A stretch of DNA of 64,000 nucleotides from assembly GCA_965206845.1 (NCBI GenBank), contig OZ242221.1, forward strand, positions 1,472,001 to 1,536,000, read 5' to 3'. The notes under the pieces are model-generated. The model had not been told where the DNA came from. It saw nothing but the letters and a program-made list of their open reading frames with translations, and did no database searches. This stretch comes from Cenarchaeum sp. GTDB taxonomy: Archaea; Thermoproteota; Nitrososphaeria; Nitrososphaerales; Nitrosopumilaceae. The position numbers and the translations under genes are program-made. Shown here one piece after another: positions 50,738-64,000 of this stretch. Numbering within the stretch: position 1 is the first letter of the stretch; every line of letters starts with the position of its first letter.

Positions 50738-50744
50738 TTTATAT
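50738..50744 (+). promoter_or_regulatory. Candidate TATA box of the rRNA operon
   Basis: TTTATAT ~200 bp upstream of 16S. Confidence 0.45.
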
Positions 50745-50888
50745 GGATTCCTCCGTGCCTAAACTATTACATACGTAACGCAAAGCGGCGCCTGTGATGA
50801 AGTGTGGTAATGAGCCATTTTATGATTCGCGGGCCTCCAGTTACGCATACAGGATGAGGATCTGATCGCAAGTTCAGATCTGATATGT

Positions 50889-50914
50889 GAGAATTGTGCA
50901 ATCCGTCCAATTCC
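50889..50914 (+). other. 5' arm of the 16S processing stem (pairs with 52424..52450)
   Basis: GAGAATTGTGCAATCCG is the perfect reverse complement of CGGATTGCACAATTCTC. Confidence 0.85.
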
Positions 50915-50947
50915 AAAAGTACACGCGTACTTTTATAATCCATGCAG

Positions 50948-52417
<1,470 letters not shown>

Positions 52418-52523
52418 TAGAAAGGAACTTGTGCGGATTGCACAATTCTCCAAACCATCGATGCAATGCGTCATGAAAGTGACGCATGAAGGATGTAGCG
52501 GGCCACACCCAGTGGCTTGCGAT

Positions 52524-52557
52524 GATCGTCGTGCATAGTCGTGTAATATGTGGCTGA
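52524..52557 (+). other. 5' arm of the 23S processing stem (pairs with ~55537..55571)
   Basis: GATCGTCGTGCATAGTC is complementary to GACTATGCACGACGATC; GTGGCTGAA pairs with TTCAGCCAC. Confidence 0.85.
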
Positions 52558-52561
52558 AAAT

Positions 52562-55536
<2,975 letters not shown>

Positions 55537-55570
55537 TTCAGCCACTTACATAGAGACTATGCACGACGAT

Positions 55571-55671
55571 CTCATTTTTTTAATGCCCCTAGTGGACACT
55601 ATGTCCTTGGGGGCGTTCTCATTTTTTAATGCCCCCGGTGGGCACTGTCCCCGGGGTGTCATTATATTTTT
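55571..55671 (+). terminator. Two tandem T-tract + GC hairpin units downstream of 23S
   Basis: CTCAT6-7AATGCCCC...GGGGGCGTT duplicated (~47 bp), followed by a third T-tract. Confidence 0.55.
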
Positions 55672-55788
55672 CCAGGACTGGCAGACGCGCCAGCTCCGGA
55701 CGCGCAGGCAAGCGGCGCGCAGAGTTCCTGCCGGGTCCTGATCCTGCGGATCCTCCATGCTTGTCCGGTTTGGGATCCGGCCCGCTCA

Positions 55789-57252
55789 CTAGGCTGGATT
55801 GCCCGACTGGTTGCCGCGCCTTGCCTTCTGTAGCGTAGCATGGCGTCCGGTAGCCCACTTGCGAAGCCGGCCGCTTGGCAAGCCGCCGCGCCTCGTCCGC
55901 TGTTGGGCGTGCTCTTTTTGCGCCGTCAGGCCTATTGTGGTGATTATGACCGACGTCAGAATGACGAAGAAGACGATCTGCGGATATGCCTCGCCGTTTT
56001 GCAGTCCCAGAGTAATGGGCAGCGCGGCCAGCACAGCCGCTGCTAGGCCACGGGGAATCATCACCTTGGTTACATTGCGGTCCAGAATCGAGAGCCGGCC
56101 GTGGAGGACTGCCCTTGTGATGAGTACTCTTCCTGCGTATATCCCGACGGTGGCGATGATGCCGAAGATCACAAACTCGAGATCGCCAAAACTGGCAAGC
56201 AGTCCGATGAAGACAAAGAAGAAGACGCGGACCAGAAATGTAAGGTGGTTGTGCACCGAGTCGCCCATCTCCACATTCCGTATCTTGATCCTGAGTATGC
56301 GTGACAGTCTCCTCCTGTTCCCAATCATCAGTCCAAAGATCAGCGCCGTAAGCGCACCAGACTCGCCCAGGTGGTTTGCCAGGAAGTACAGCACGAACAG
56401 CATACCAAGTGTCAGCATGTATGCATGCTGCGTTTTGGCGATCTTTGACGTTATGATCATCCACGGGATTCCGACGCCCAGTCCCAGCACCAGACCTACG
56501 GCCATCGAACTGCCGATGGTCTGGACCACCTGACCGACGCTGAACATCCCGGAGATGATGGCCTCAAACATGACAAAGGCGATAATGGTGGCAAGGACAT
56601 CCGTGATCGCCGACTCGAAGGCAAGCATGTTCTTTGCATTCTCGGATATCGTAAGGTTCCTTACCAGGCCAAACACGATGATGGAGCTCGAGCCGCCCAC
56701 GATGCTGCCCAGTAGGATGCTGTCCAGCCACTCCCAACCTATTACATAATGCGCGAGCACTGCCACTATTATCACCGAGACGGCAAAGCCTGCAACGGCA
56801 AGGATTGCGGCGATGTGTCCTGTCTTTTTCAGGTGCCTGAGATCCAGGTTCATCCCGCCGTCGAACATGATCATTATCAGCGCTATGGCGGCAAAGTATG
56901 GAACGATCTCTACCACCGTCTCCTGTTCTACTATTCCCATGACGGGTCCAATGACCATGCCCAGCACCAGCAGAAACACCACATCGGGAATTCCGGTTCT
57001 TTTAAAGAAGGCCTCGCCGGCAACTCCAAGGAAGATTATGATCCCCGCCGTCAGAAGCAGAACCGTGGCTAAATTTGCACTCCCCTCGCCAAGCGCGAAC
57101 ACGCCGGCATTGCCGAGCAGTCCGTGCATCTGACTCAACCAGTCATTCCTGTACATCTCAACAAGATCACCTAATTGATACATGCCCGTAGTCCAATTCG
57201 ACACGATCTCCTCACCAAGGGATTCGCTAAGGTACGATTTCACTACATCCAT
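55789..57252 (-). CDS. Cation:proton antiporter (NhaP-like); first 12 codons displaced by IS insertion
   Basis: IPDV..L..LG...GP, MFDGG, FESAITD and PRGLAAA motifs; many TMs. An in-frame upstream piece starts at ATG 58533. Confidence 0.9.
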   Translation of the reverse strand: MDVVKSYLSESLGEEIVSNWTTGMYQLGDLVEMYRNDWLSQMHGLLGNAGVFALGEGSANLATVLLLTAGIIIFLGVAGEAFFKRTGIPDVVFLLVLGMVIGPVMGIVEQETVVEIVPYFAAIALIMIMFDGGMNLDLRHLKKTGHIAAILAVAGFAVSVIIVAVLAHYVIGWEWLDSILLGSIVGGSSSIIVFGLVRNLTISENAKNMLAFESAITDVLATIIAFVMFEAIISGMFSVGQVVQTIGSSMAVGLVLGLGVGIPWMIITSKIAKTQHAYMLTLGMLFVLYFLANHLGESGALTALIFGLMIGNRRRLSRILRIKIRNVEMGDSVHNHLTFLVRVFFFVFIGLLASFGDLEFVIFGIIATVGIYAGRVLITRAVLHGRLSILDRNVTKVMIPRGLAAAVLAALPITLGLQNGEAYPQIVFFVILTSVIITTIGLTAQKEHAQQRTRRGGLPSGRLRKWATGRHATLQKARRGNQSGNPA

Positions 57253-57264
57253 CAGGCTTGCCAG

Positions 57265-58497
57265 GGCTGTGTCCTAGAGATATAACCCCACAATCATCCG
57301 CCGTCGTCGCGTCGGTACAGGTATTCTTCGAATTCTTGGGATTGTGGCATTTTTCACATACCGCCGGCTTCAAATGTTGTCCGAAACTGTAAAATCCCAT
57401 CCGATCCAAGGGATGGTGCGCAGGCTCCCCCACGGACGGCGCGGAGGTCACCGCGCCAGTCAGGCAGCCATTGCAGTGAGCGACTCGTGCGTGAGCCTGC
57501 CGCTTTTTACGTGCGATCGCGCGACCACCTCGATGTTGTAGCAGATGACCCGGATTGCTATCTCCCGGCTCTGCCGGGCGCGCCTGCGGCTCCTGAGGTG
57601 GTTCCCATACATTCTCTTGATTGCCCCAAAGACGGCCTCGATGATGCTGCGCTGGTGGTACTCGTCCATGAACCGGGCCAGCTCGTCCCTGTGCGTCCTG
57701 GTCATATCACCCCAGGCCTGGCTGCCCCAGTTCTTGCAGACGGTGTTGGATTTGGGCCGGATGCGCGGTGTCATGCCCTTGGCAGCTATCGTGTCGCAAA
57801 TCTTCCTTGCCAGGTAGGCCGAATCCAGGCAGAAGAAACCAGTGCCCTCTTCGATCCTCCCCAGCATCGGCCACAATCCTGTGATGTCGGAGGCGTACCC
57901 GTCGGTGACTAGGTAGTCTAGGACGGTCCTGGTGGAGACATCGACGATGCTGTGCAGCTTGACCCAGCCGCGCTTGAGCCTGACCTGGTCGTGGCGGATG
58001 CTGAACCACCGGACGAACCTGTTGCTGGAGTAGCCGGTGCTGCCCCCGGCCAACGAGCCGGTCACCATGACGTCGCCGATGATCCTCGTGCGGACCTCCC
58101 GCAGGTACGGCTCGGGGATCATGCCGTAGGCGCGCCATATGGTGCTCTTTGAGGGTATCTTGAGCAGCCCTATCTTCATGGCGAGGCCCCGGTTCATCCT
58201 GAGGTGGCCCACCATCTTTCGGTAGGTGCGCGCCTCTGCTTCCATGAGAATGCAGACGACGGCCATGGCCTTTGGCGGGTAGGCGGTCATGCCGCCCAGT
58301 CCGGGCCTGGCCCGGTATGGGTCGCCCAGATCCTCAACTATCCCCAGTATCGTGCTCAGTATGAGGCCCGGCAGATGCTGCTGGACCAGCTCGTATGGTC
58401 GCTGATCGCGTTTTCCTTTTTTCATTAGGTCGGGCCGCGATCATCGGATCATTATGCCTTGCGATTTTGGGGGAGTATATGTCCGTGGGACACAGCC
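57265..58497 (-). mobile_element. IS5-family (IS903-like) insertion sequence, 1233 bp, 9-bp TSD GCTTGCCAG
   Basis: TIRs GGCTGTGTCC / GGACACAGCC; exact direct repeat at 57256-57264 and 58498-58506. Confidence 0.93.
57460..58425 (-). CDS. DDE transposase (first catalytic Asp apparently mutated to Gly)
   Basis: IPSKSTI, WVKLH, CLDSAY and YHQRSIIEAVF motifs; AGGSTG where the paralogue has AGDSTG. Confidence 0.9.
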   Translation of the reverse strand: MKKGKRDQRPYELVQQHLPGLILSTILGIVEDLGDPYRARPGLGGMTAYPPKAMAVVCILMEAEARTYRKMVGHLRMNRGLAMKIGLLKIPSKSTIWRAYGMIPEPYLREVRTRIIGDVMVTGSLAGGSTGYSSNRFVRWFSIRHDQVRLKRGWVKLHSIVDVSTRTVLDYLVTDGYASDITGLWPMLGRIEEGTGFFCLDSAYLARKICDTIAAKGMTPRIRPKSNTVCKNWGSQAWGDMTRTHRDELARFMDEYHQRSIIEAVFGAIKRMYGNHLRSRRRARQSREIAIRVICYNIEVVARSHVKSGRLTHESLTAMAA

Positions 58498-59442
58498 GCT
58501 TGCCAGTACTATCAGATCCGGGTGTATCGTCATCTACCGGTGGCGCCTCGTGCTTTCAACTCGAAGTAATGGAAAAAGAAGCAGTTTATGACAGTTCTGA
58601 TCGCTTGTAATGCCATTATCACACGGGTTCAGTGCTCTGCGGGCCGTCATGTGAGACCAGATCCGTGCCTGGAACCTGAGATGCATGCCAGATGCCATGT
58701 GTGTCGGGTCGGGCAGAGACGTCCAGCGTCCGTGACGCTGCCATGGTGCGGGCATTCCGGCGTGAATGCGGCATTTTGTACACTGTTTAACGGGTCTGTC
58801 GGAATCCACATACCATATGCGGCTTATTGTGGACCCTTCCACCCGCTCCAACCTACACTGTTCAGTTTTTAGGCTATTTTCCATCAATATATGCAACCTG
58901 CAAGGTTTCCTTATCCGAGCAGGTTGGCGTTCGGTGTGGAATTTGCCGTTGCCTCACAACCGGCGGGACGAAAAGGATCATTACGATCCAGCGCAGGCAT
59001 GCGTGCGCCCTGCCGTCTTGCACGGCGCAGAACGTCTTGATTGTCTTGTTCAGTTTTTTCAGGCGCCACAGCGGCATGAACCTGAACCCCGCAGGAATGC
59101 GCTCACGTTTGCGTCGCTGCACCGTGCCTGTCCAATGGGAACTTGCAGTCTGACCTTTTGGGCTTTTTTCTGCGGCAGGCTTCATGACAGATCCTACAAC
59201 CAAGCTGGATCAAAGTATTTTTTGTCAGGCAGTTCAGAACCAGACAGGATGTTGGGGGCAGTATTGATCAGACTACGATTGCCGGAACTATGCTTGAGAA
59301 CAGGCATTTGCAGATGATCTGTTCTGCACTGATCGCCACTGCAGCAGTCAGACTGTTCTGGGAGTAGCTGGAATAGATGTGTCGCAGAGTCCAATCTTTG
59401 TCCTGCATGCGTTGCCATCTGGCACCGCCGTATTCGGACCTG

Positions 59443-59580
59443 AGATGTGATTCGTAATTAGCACGCAGGCATATTAGAGCACGATCTTTGGCATAATCAT
59501 ACGAAAGTTGCATGCTTTGGAGCACACATCTGTAAGATTATGGGCATCGAAGGCCCGATTCTTAATTGCGGATCATGTCT
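59443..59580. mobile_element. MITE family A (138 bp), 3-bp TSD CTG
   Basis: Near-identical to 9637..9774. Confidence 0.9.
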
Positions 59581-59743
59581 CTGCCCTGTACCCTGACGGC
59601 GGGAGCATGACAGCCAAGGCCGTTTGGGGGTGTCCGGCAGTGTGCGGTTCGGGCGTGCAGAAAGACGGCATGCATCGTGCTTGCCAATTTTTATCACCCA
59701 CGCTATGAGCGTACGACTCCAGCCCGCCTTGGCCTAGTCTGGA

Positions 59744-61180
59744 TCATTGAGGAAGTATGGTAAATGTAGAACGGTAGTATCCGGAACCAAAGATGTACCC
59801 ATCGTGCACCAGCAGGTAGGAGTGTTTTTCCTCTTCAAATTCCGTTCCAGGAATCTTATACACATACTCTACCCAGACGCCCTTGCCGTCTTGCAGTTCA
59901 GTGAGAATCTCCTCTGGCGTCTTGTTCGTAAAACCGGTCTGGCTCAGTATTGCTGACGGGGTGTTGATCCTTTCTTCTGGATATGCGCCGTGCGCCGCAA
60001 TAGTCAGGCTAGCAGGATCTATGACAAACGGATAGTGGGGGGTGAGATTCTCGGATTGTGCGTTGATGTTGGCAAACGCGTTCTCCTTGTCTGCATCATA
60101 CATGCGGATGGTCTCTTCAACCACGCCTACGACCTTGTCGGCTGCCGGATAAAAGTAGCCTGTGCCAAAGATGTATCCGTCATGGAGCCTGTAAAAGTTT
60201 CGTTTTTGATCTGGTTCGCCAGTTATGGGATTAACAATCAGTATGTACTTTTGGGCACCCTTCCCCGTCTCGGCCATGGTATCAGCAATTACGTTAAATG
60301 GTACGTCTACAGTGCTGGTAGAGGAGCCGGACGAGATGGCACCGACAAGGTCTGGGCGTAATGGAATCGCCATTACTTCGCCGGTATAAGGTTCAACGGC
60401 AAACGGATAATTCACAGTAGGCTTTGTAATCATGGCGTTGATGGCATCAAATCCGCCCTCTTCATACAGCGCAATAGCATCGTCAAGTATGCGGTTCATC
60501 TTGTCCTCGATTGAGTAATAGTATCCGGCTCCAAAGACATGTCCGTCATGCATCACAATCCAGGATCGCTTGAGCCCGTCCTCGTTGGTCTCAGGATCTA
60601 GAAATATGTAGTCAACCCAGACGCCCCCGGTGTTTTGCAGATCTTCGATTAGTATGTCATGCGGCGTGTCAGAATACTGGCTTATTATGGACGCAGCAGT
60701 GCCGACCCTTTCCGGAAGCAGGCCGTGCGCCAGAACCTCATCAAGATCACCATTCAAGACAAATGGGTAGTGCGCGACTGGATTGCCTGCAAGTGAGGTG
60801 ATTTTGGCAAACGCGTTCTCCTTGTCTGCATCATACATGCGGATGGCCTCTTCAACCACGCGCTGAATCTCCGGCACCCCGGCATCGGTAATCATGTATA
60901 TGGTACGGGCAAATGACTCATGGAGAACCAGCTCCACGCCACGCTCCAGAAGAGAACCATACGTGGATGCAGATATGCAAACTGGGGTCTGGGAGTCCCT
61001 TATGTACAGATCCCTTGGCGCATTGCACTGTATGGCATCAATAGAAACCCCGTCTCTTTGCTGCTGGAGTGGGGTCGGATATTCGGCAGTGGCCGCATAT
61101 GCCGCATCGATAGTGATTGTACCAGCTAAGGCTGTGACTGCAATCAAGAATATGATTTTGATATCTCTGAGCTGATCCAT
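59744..61180 (-). CDS. Secreted protein with three tandem single-Cache-like domains
   Basis: Signal peptide; PLQQ..G..I.C...PVC..T...L.ERG module; three units YPF....AH...G.WV.Y.....K......HDG..FG.GYY; no second TM or output domain. Confidence 0.8.
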   Translation of the reverse strand: MDQLRDIKIIFLIAVTALAGTITIDAAYAATAEYPTPLQQQRDGVSIDAIQCNAPRDLYIRDSQTPVCISASTYGSLLERGVELVLHESFARTIYMITDAGVPEIQRVVEEAIRMYDADKENAFAKITSLAGNPVAHYPFVLNGDLDEVLAHGLLPERVGTAASIISQYSDTPHDILIEDLQNTGGVWVDYIFLDPETNEDGLKRSWIVMHDGHVFGAGYYYSIEDKMNRILDDAIALYEEGGFDAINAMITKPTVNYPFAVEPYTGEVMAIPLRPDLVGAISSGSSTSTVDVPFNVIADTMAETGKGAQKYILIVNPITGEPDQKRNFYRLHDGYIFGTGYFYPAADKVVGVVEETIRMYDADKENAFANINAQSENLTPHYPFVIDPASLTIAAHGAYPEERINTPSAILSQTGFTNKTPEEILTELQDGKGVWVEYVYKIPGTEFEEEKHSYLLVHDGYIFGSGYYRSTFTILPQ

Positions 61181-61226
61181 TTAATATTGCAAATGAGTCA
61201 TAATTAATAAATATTTTATCATCAGA

Positions 61227-62094
61227 GGCTGTGTCCTATGAATAAAAACCACCACTCTCTGCATGGTGACTGAGACACCGGGCGTCTCATAATTTGCAGA
61301 CACCGCGGCAGCTCCGCTTCACTGATCATCCGGAAACCATAAAATCGTCCCGTTCCAAGGCACAGTGCGCAGGCTCCGCTGGGCAGGCGCGGTGGAGGCC
61401 GCGCCGGTCATGCAGTCATGGTAGCGATCATCTTCGGTGTGAGCCTGCCGTCCCTTGCCTTCGATCTGGCCACGAGTTCTATGTTGTAACAGATTATCCG
61501 AATTGCAATCTCCCTGCACTGGTTCTCCGGCTTGTGGCAACGCGTGTGGTTTCCGTACGTCTTCTTGATGGCGCCAAACACCGCCTCTATGATGCTGCGC
61601 TGGTGGTACTCCGACTTGAGCGTGTCCGGATCCTGCACGGACAGGTCTACCATCTCGCACCACGCCTGGCTTCCAAAGGCGTTGTGAACCGTGTTGGATT
61701 TTGGCTTGATGCGCGGCACCATGCCCATCTTCGATATCGCGCTGCACACATCCCTTGCAAGGTAGACCGAATCCAGGCAGAAGTGGCCCGCGCCCCCCTA
61801 GAATCTGGCCAGCATGCTTCGCAGTCCAATGATGTCGGCCACGTTGCTGGCCGTCACGAGGTAGTCGAGCACCACCCCCGTGCGTATGTCGATGATGCTG
61901 TGGAGCCTGACCCAACCCCTCTTGGTTTTCACGCTGTCGGTCCGCACGTCATACCACCTGACGAAGCCGCTGTCAGAGTATCCCGTGCTGTCCCCTGCCA
62001 CCGATCCTGCAGATATTTCGCAGATGACCCTGCGGTGTACTTCCGCCAGGTACCGATCCGGAATGAGGCCGTAGGCGCGGGCAATGGTGCTCGT
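61227..62094 (-). mobile_element. Truncated IS903-like element related to 57265..58497
   Basis: Same TIR GGCTGTGTCCTA at 61227; the other end is lost at the next IS. Confidence 0.85.
61408..62094 (-). pseudogene. Transposase pseudogene (in-frame TAG at 61798-61800, 5' truncated)
   Basis: ORFs 61798..62001 and 61408..61749 are in the same frame and collinear with the 57460..58425 protein. Confidence 0.9.
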
Positions 62095-62095
62095 G

Positions 62096-63298
62096 GTTGG
62101 TGCGTAATTCTCCGAACCGCCTAGACCCGTCCGATACGTTCAATGATCCGCGATCTCCCGCACGCGGCAATGAGCGAACACAACAGACGGGAAGGATACT
62201 GGCAGTATTATGAACTGGCAAAGGAAGTCGAGGCGCCTAGTCTGAAGAGGACGCTGATCGAGATAATCCGGGAGAACCCTTGCCCGCGCCGAGAAAACGA
62301 CAACAGGGGCCGTCCCCCGGTTCACTCCAAGAAGAAACTGGATTTTGCCTGTCTGCTGATGATGGCAGACAACAACACCTATCGCGGGGTCGAATCGGAT
62401 CTGCGTGACATGCGGACGCCATGGGACAACGAGCCAGTCCCGGACCATACCACACTGGTCAGGCACCTCCAGACGATACCGGCAGACTGACTCGATCTGA
62501 TCGTGGCCGAGACGGCCCGCCGCTGCATCAAGGAGGCGGACGAGGCGACGGGCCCGCTGGGCGCCGACAGCAGCGCGGCGGAGACCACTAGGTACGAATA
62601 CGTCGAGAGGCCGAACAGGGAGGAGCGCAACTTTGTCGAGACACGCCAAAAGACCTACTGGAAATACCACATAACGGCCATCTTGGGCCTGCAGATTGTG
62701 CTGGTGGCGTTCACCGCGCCCAGCAACATCAACGACACGACCATGCTTCCAGTCATGCTGGCTGAGATCAGGCGTCGCGGGTTTGACTTTGCGGGGAACT
62801 TCTTTGACGGGGACAAGGGGTACGACTCTGACTACAACTGCGAGCTGCTGCTCTGGATGGGCATGATCCCCAACATCAGGCAACGGAAGGATGCCGTCAA
62901 CCGTGGCAAATCACACAGGAGGAAGGCGGCTGGCATGTTCAGCGATGGCGAGTACAGAAAGAGGGCCCTGATAGAGGGCATCTTCGGGGCCGAGGAGACC
63001 CGGCGACACCAGCTGCACTGCCGGTTTGTCTTGGAGGACAACCGGCGCCGGTTCGCCAAGGGAAGGGCGATCGCCTGGAACATCCGGGTTCTCAACCGGT
63101 TCGAGTGCGCCAACCGGCTAAACATACCGATACCCTCCTACGGCGGCATGGCGCACGTGGAGTGCGCCTGATGATCCGACCCGTCAGTAACTGATCACGG
63201 CGTGCGGGCAACAAAAGCCCGACACGCACCAAAGCACCGCCGGTGAAGACGCGGCGGGAGACACACATGGGCAGGACAGGGCAGAATTACGCACCAAC
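62096..63298 (+). mobile_element. IS element (IS5/IS4-type DDE)
   Basis: TIRs GTTGGTGCGTAATTCT / AGAATTACGCACCAAC; no TSD visible. Confidence 0.85.
62143..63171 (+). pseudogene. Transposase with in-frame TGA at 62488-62490
   Basis: RGRPP and VPDHTTL, then GADSS, DGDKGYD and YRKRALIEGIF in the same frame. Confidence 0.88.
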
Positions 63299-63496
63299 TC
63301 CGTATTATATGGGTCAGGTGCATTCGGAGAGGAGGTGTTTGTGGTCATGTTTCGTAGCCTGACTACCGGCACACCTCTCTGATCAATATGGCTTCTTGTT
63401 GAAAATGCCTGATACGAAGCTCAAATTCAGTTGGCATTGCCTAATCTGACCTGGTTTTGGAACCGTTAGGCGTGACTGTAAATAATTAGGAAACAG

Positions 63497-63624
63497 AGTT
63501 TGTTTCCCAATTTCGATAAACGCCTCTGAGTTGCCACAAAGAACACGATCCTCGTGTGACTTGGCGCTGTTTACGGACTAAATTAATCGTAAAAGTGCGA
63601 AATGTCTGAATTGGGCAATAAAGT
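63497..63624. mobile_element. MITE family D, second (more degraded) copy
   Basis: Aligns with 47956..48084 over its length; no TSD recognisable. Confidence 0.8.
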
Positions 63625-63673
63625 TTATTTTACCTATAGAGTTATTAAAGGATGCATAATTTGCTTCGACAAC

Positions 63674-64000
63674 TTGGATAAGAGTTTGTATGCCTTGCTT
63701 ATGCTTTCAGCAGTTTGTGCAGGTGCGTGTTACGACAATGGGACAGAAGGTGGAGCGTACGCAGAGGTTGATGCCGCTCCCATGGTGGCCAACACGGCTT
63801 CGTACTACGTGCAGCACGCTCTGGATGCGGACGCGGCGGCGGACATGCCGGTTCTTGGTGAAAACGGCGCGACGGCGCCCTCCGAGGGCATGGAGGCGCG
63901 ATCCGGCGCGCAGGACGAGGCCGCCTTTGTGACCACTTGGCAGACTGCCCGGGCAGACGAGGGAATAACGATCCCGGTGGGCGGGGCGACAGGAACATAC
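63674..64000 (+). CDS. 5' part of a secreted DUF285/BspA-type surface protein (truncated by window)
   Basis: TTG start after TTATTAAA; signal-like MDKSLYALLMLSAVCAG; AFVTTWQT...ITIPVGGATGTY motif typical of the module preceding DUF285 repeats. Confidence 0.7.
   Translation, partial: MDKSLYALLMLSAVCAGACYDNGTEGGAYAEVDAAPMVANTASYYVQHALDADAAADMPVLGENGATAPSEGMEARSGAQDEAAFVTTWQTARADEGITIPVGGATGTY

Noticed and set aside
52418-52561. tRNA in the 16S-23S spacer, or 5S after 23S
   Set aside because: The short spacer holds only processing stems and a hairpin; no cloverleaf or 5S motif is seen, which is normal for this group.
58600-59440. ORFs between the IS and MITE A
   Set aside because: No recognisable motifs in any frame; likely pseudogene debris.

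Overview
High-GC archaeal DNA from an ammonia-oxidising thaumarchaeote (Nitrosopumilaceae-like 16S rRNA, DnaJ-ferredoxin, CdvB/CdvC, TFE-beta). It is probably host (sponge)-associated, given a serpin, a long TPR array, a DUF285/BspA-type surface gene and many IS/MITEs. The backbone is mostly housekeeping: nop5-fibrillarin-rnhB-trm1-rlmE-TFEbeta, apt-mtnP, cdvC, ilvBN-leuA-leuB, aspS, znuACB, DNA glycosylases, hemL and a 16S-23S rRNA operon without tRNA or 5S. Four IS elements are present, all apparently crippled, along with four MITE families defined by terminal inverted repeats (TIRs) and target-site duplications (TSDs). The most notable observations are: (1) a Nop5 tail of 16 RG/Y heptads abutting a fibrillarin that lacks a GAR domain; (2) a TPR gene built as an 18 x 102-bp constant-cassette/variable-segment array with mosaic repeats; (3) a MITE inserted exactly on the ATG of a transposase with matching TIRs; (4) element ends repeatedly sitting 41-50 bp upstream of start codons; (5) an IS that splits an antiporter gene and may supply it a new promoter; (6) a histone-H1-like tail on TFE-beta. 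All calls come from reading the sequence; no database searches were run.
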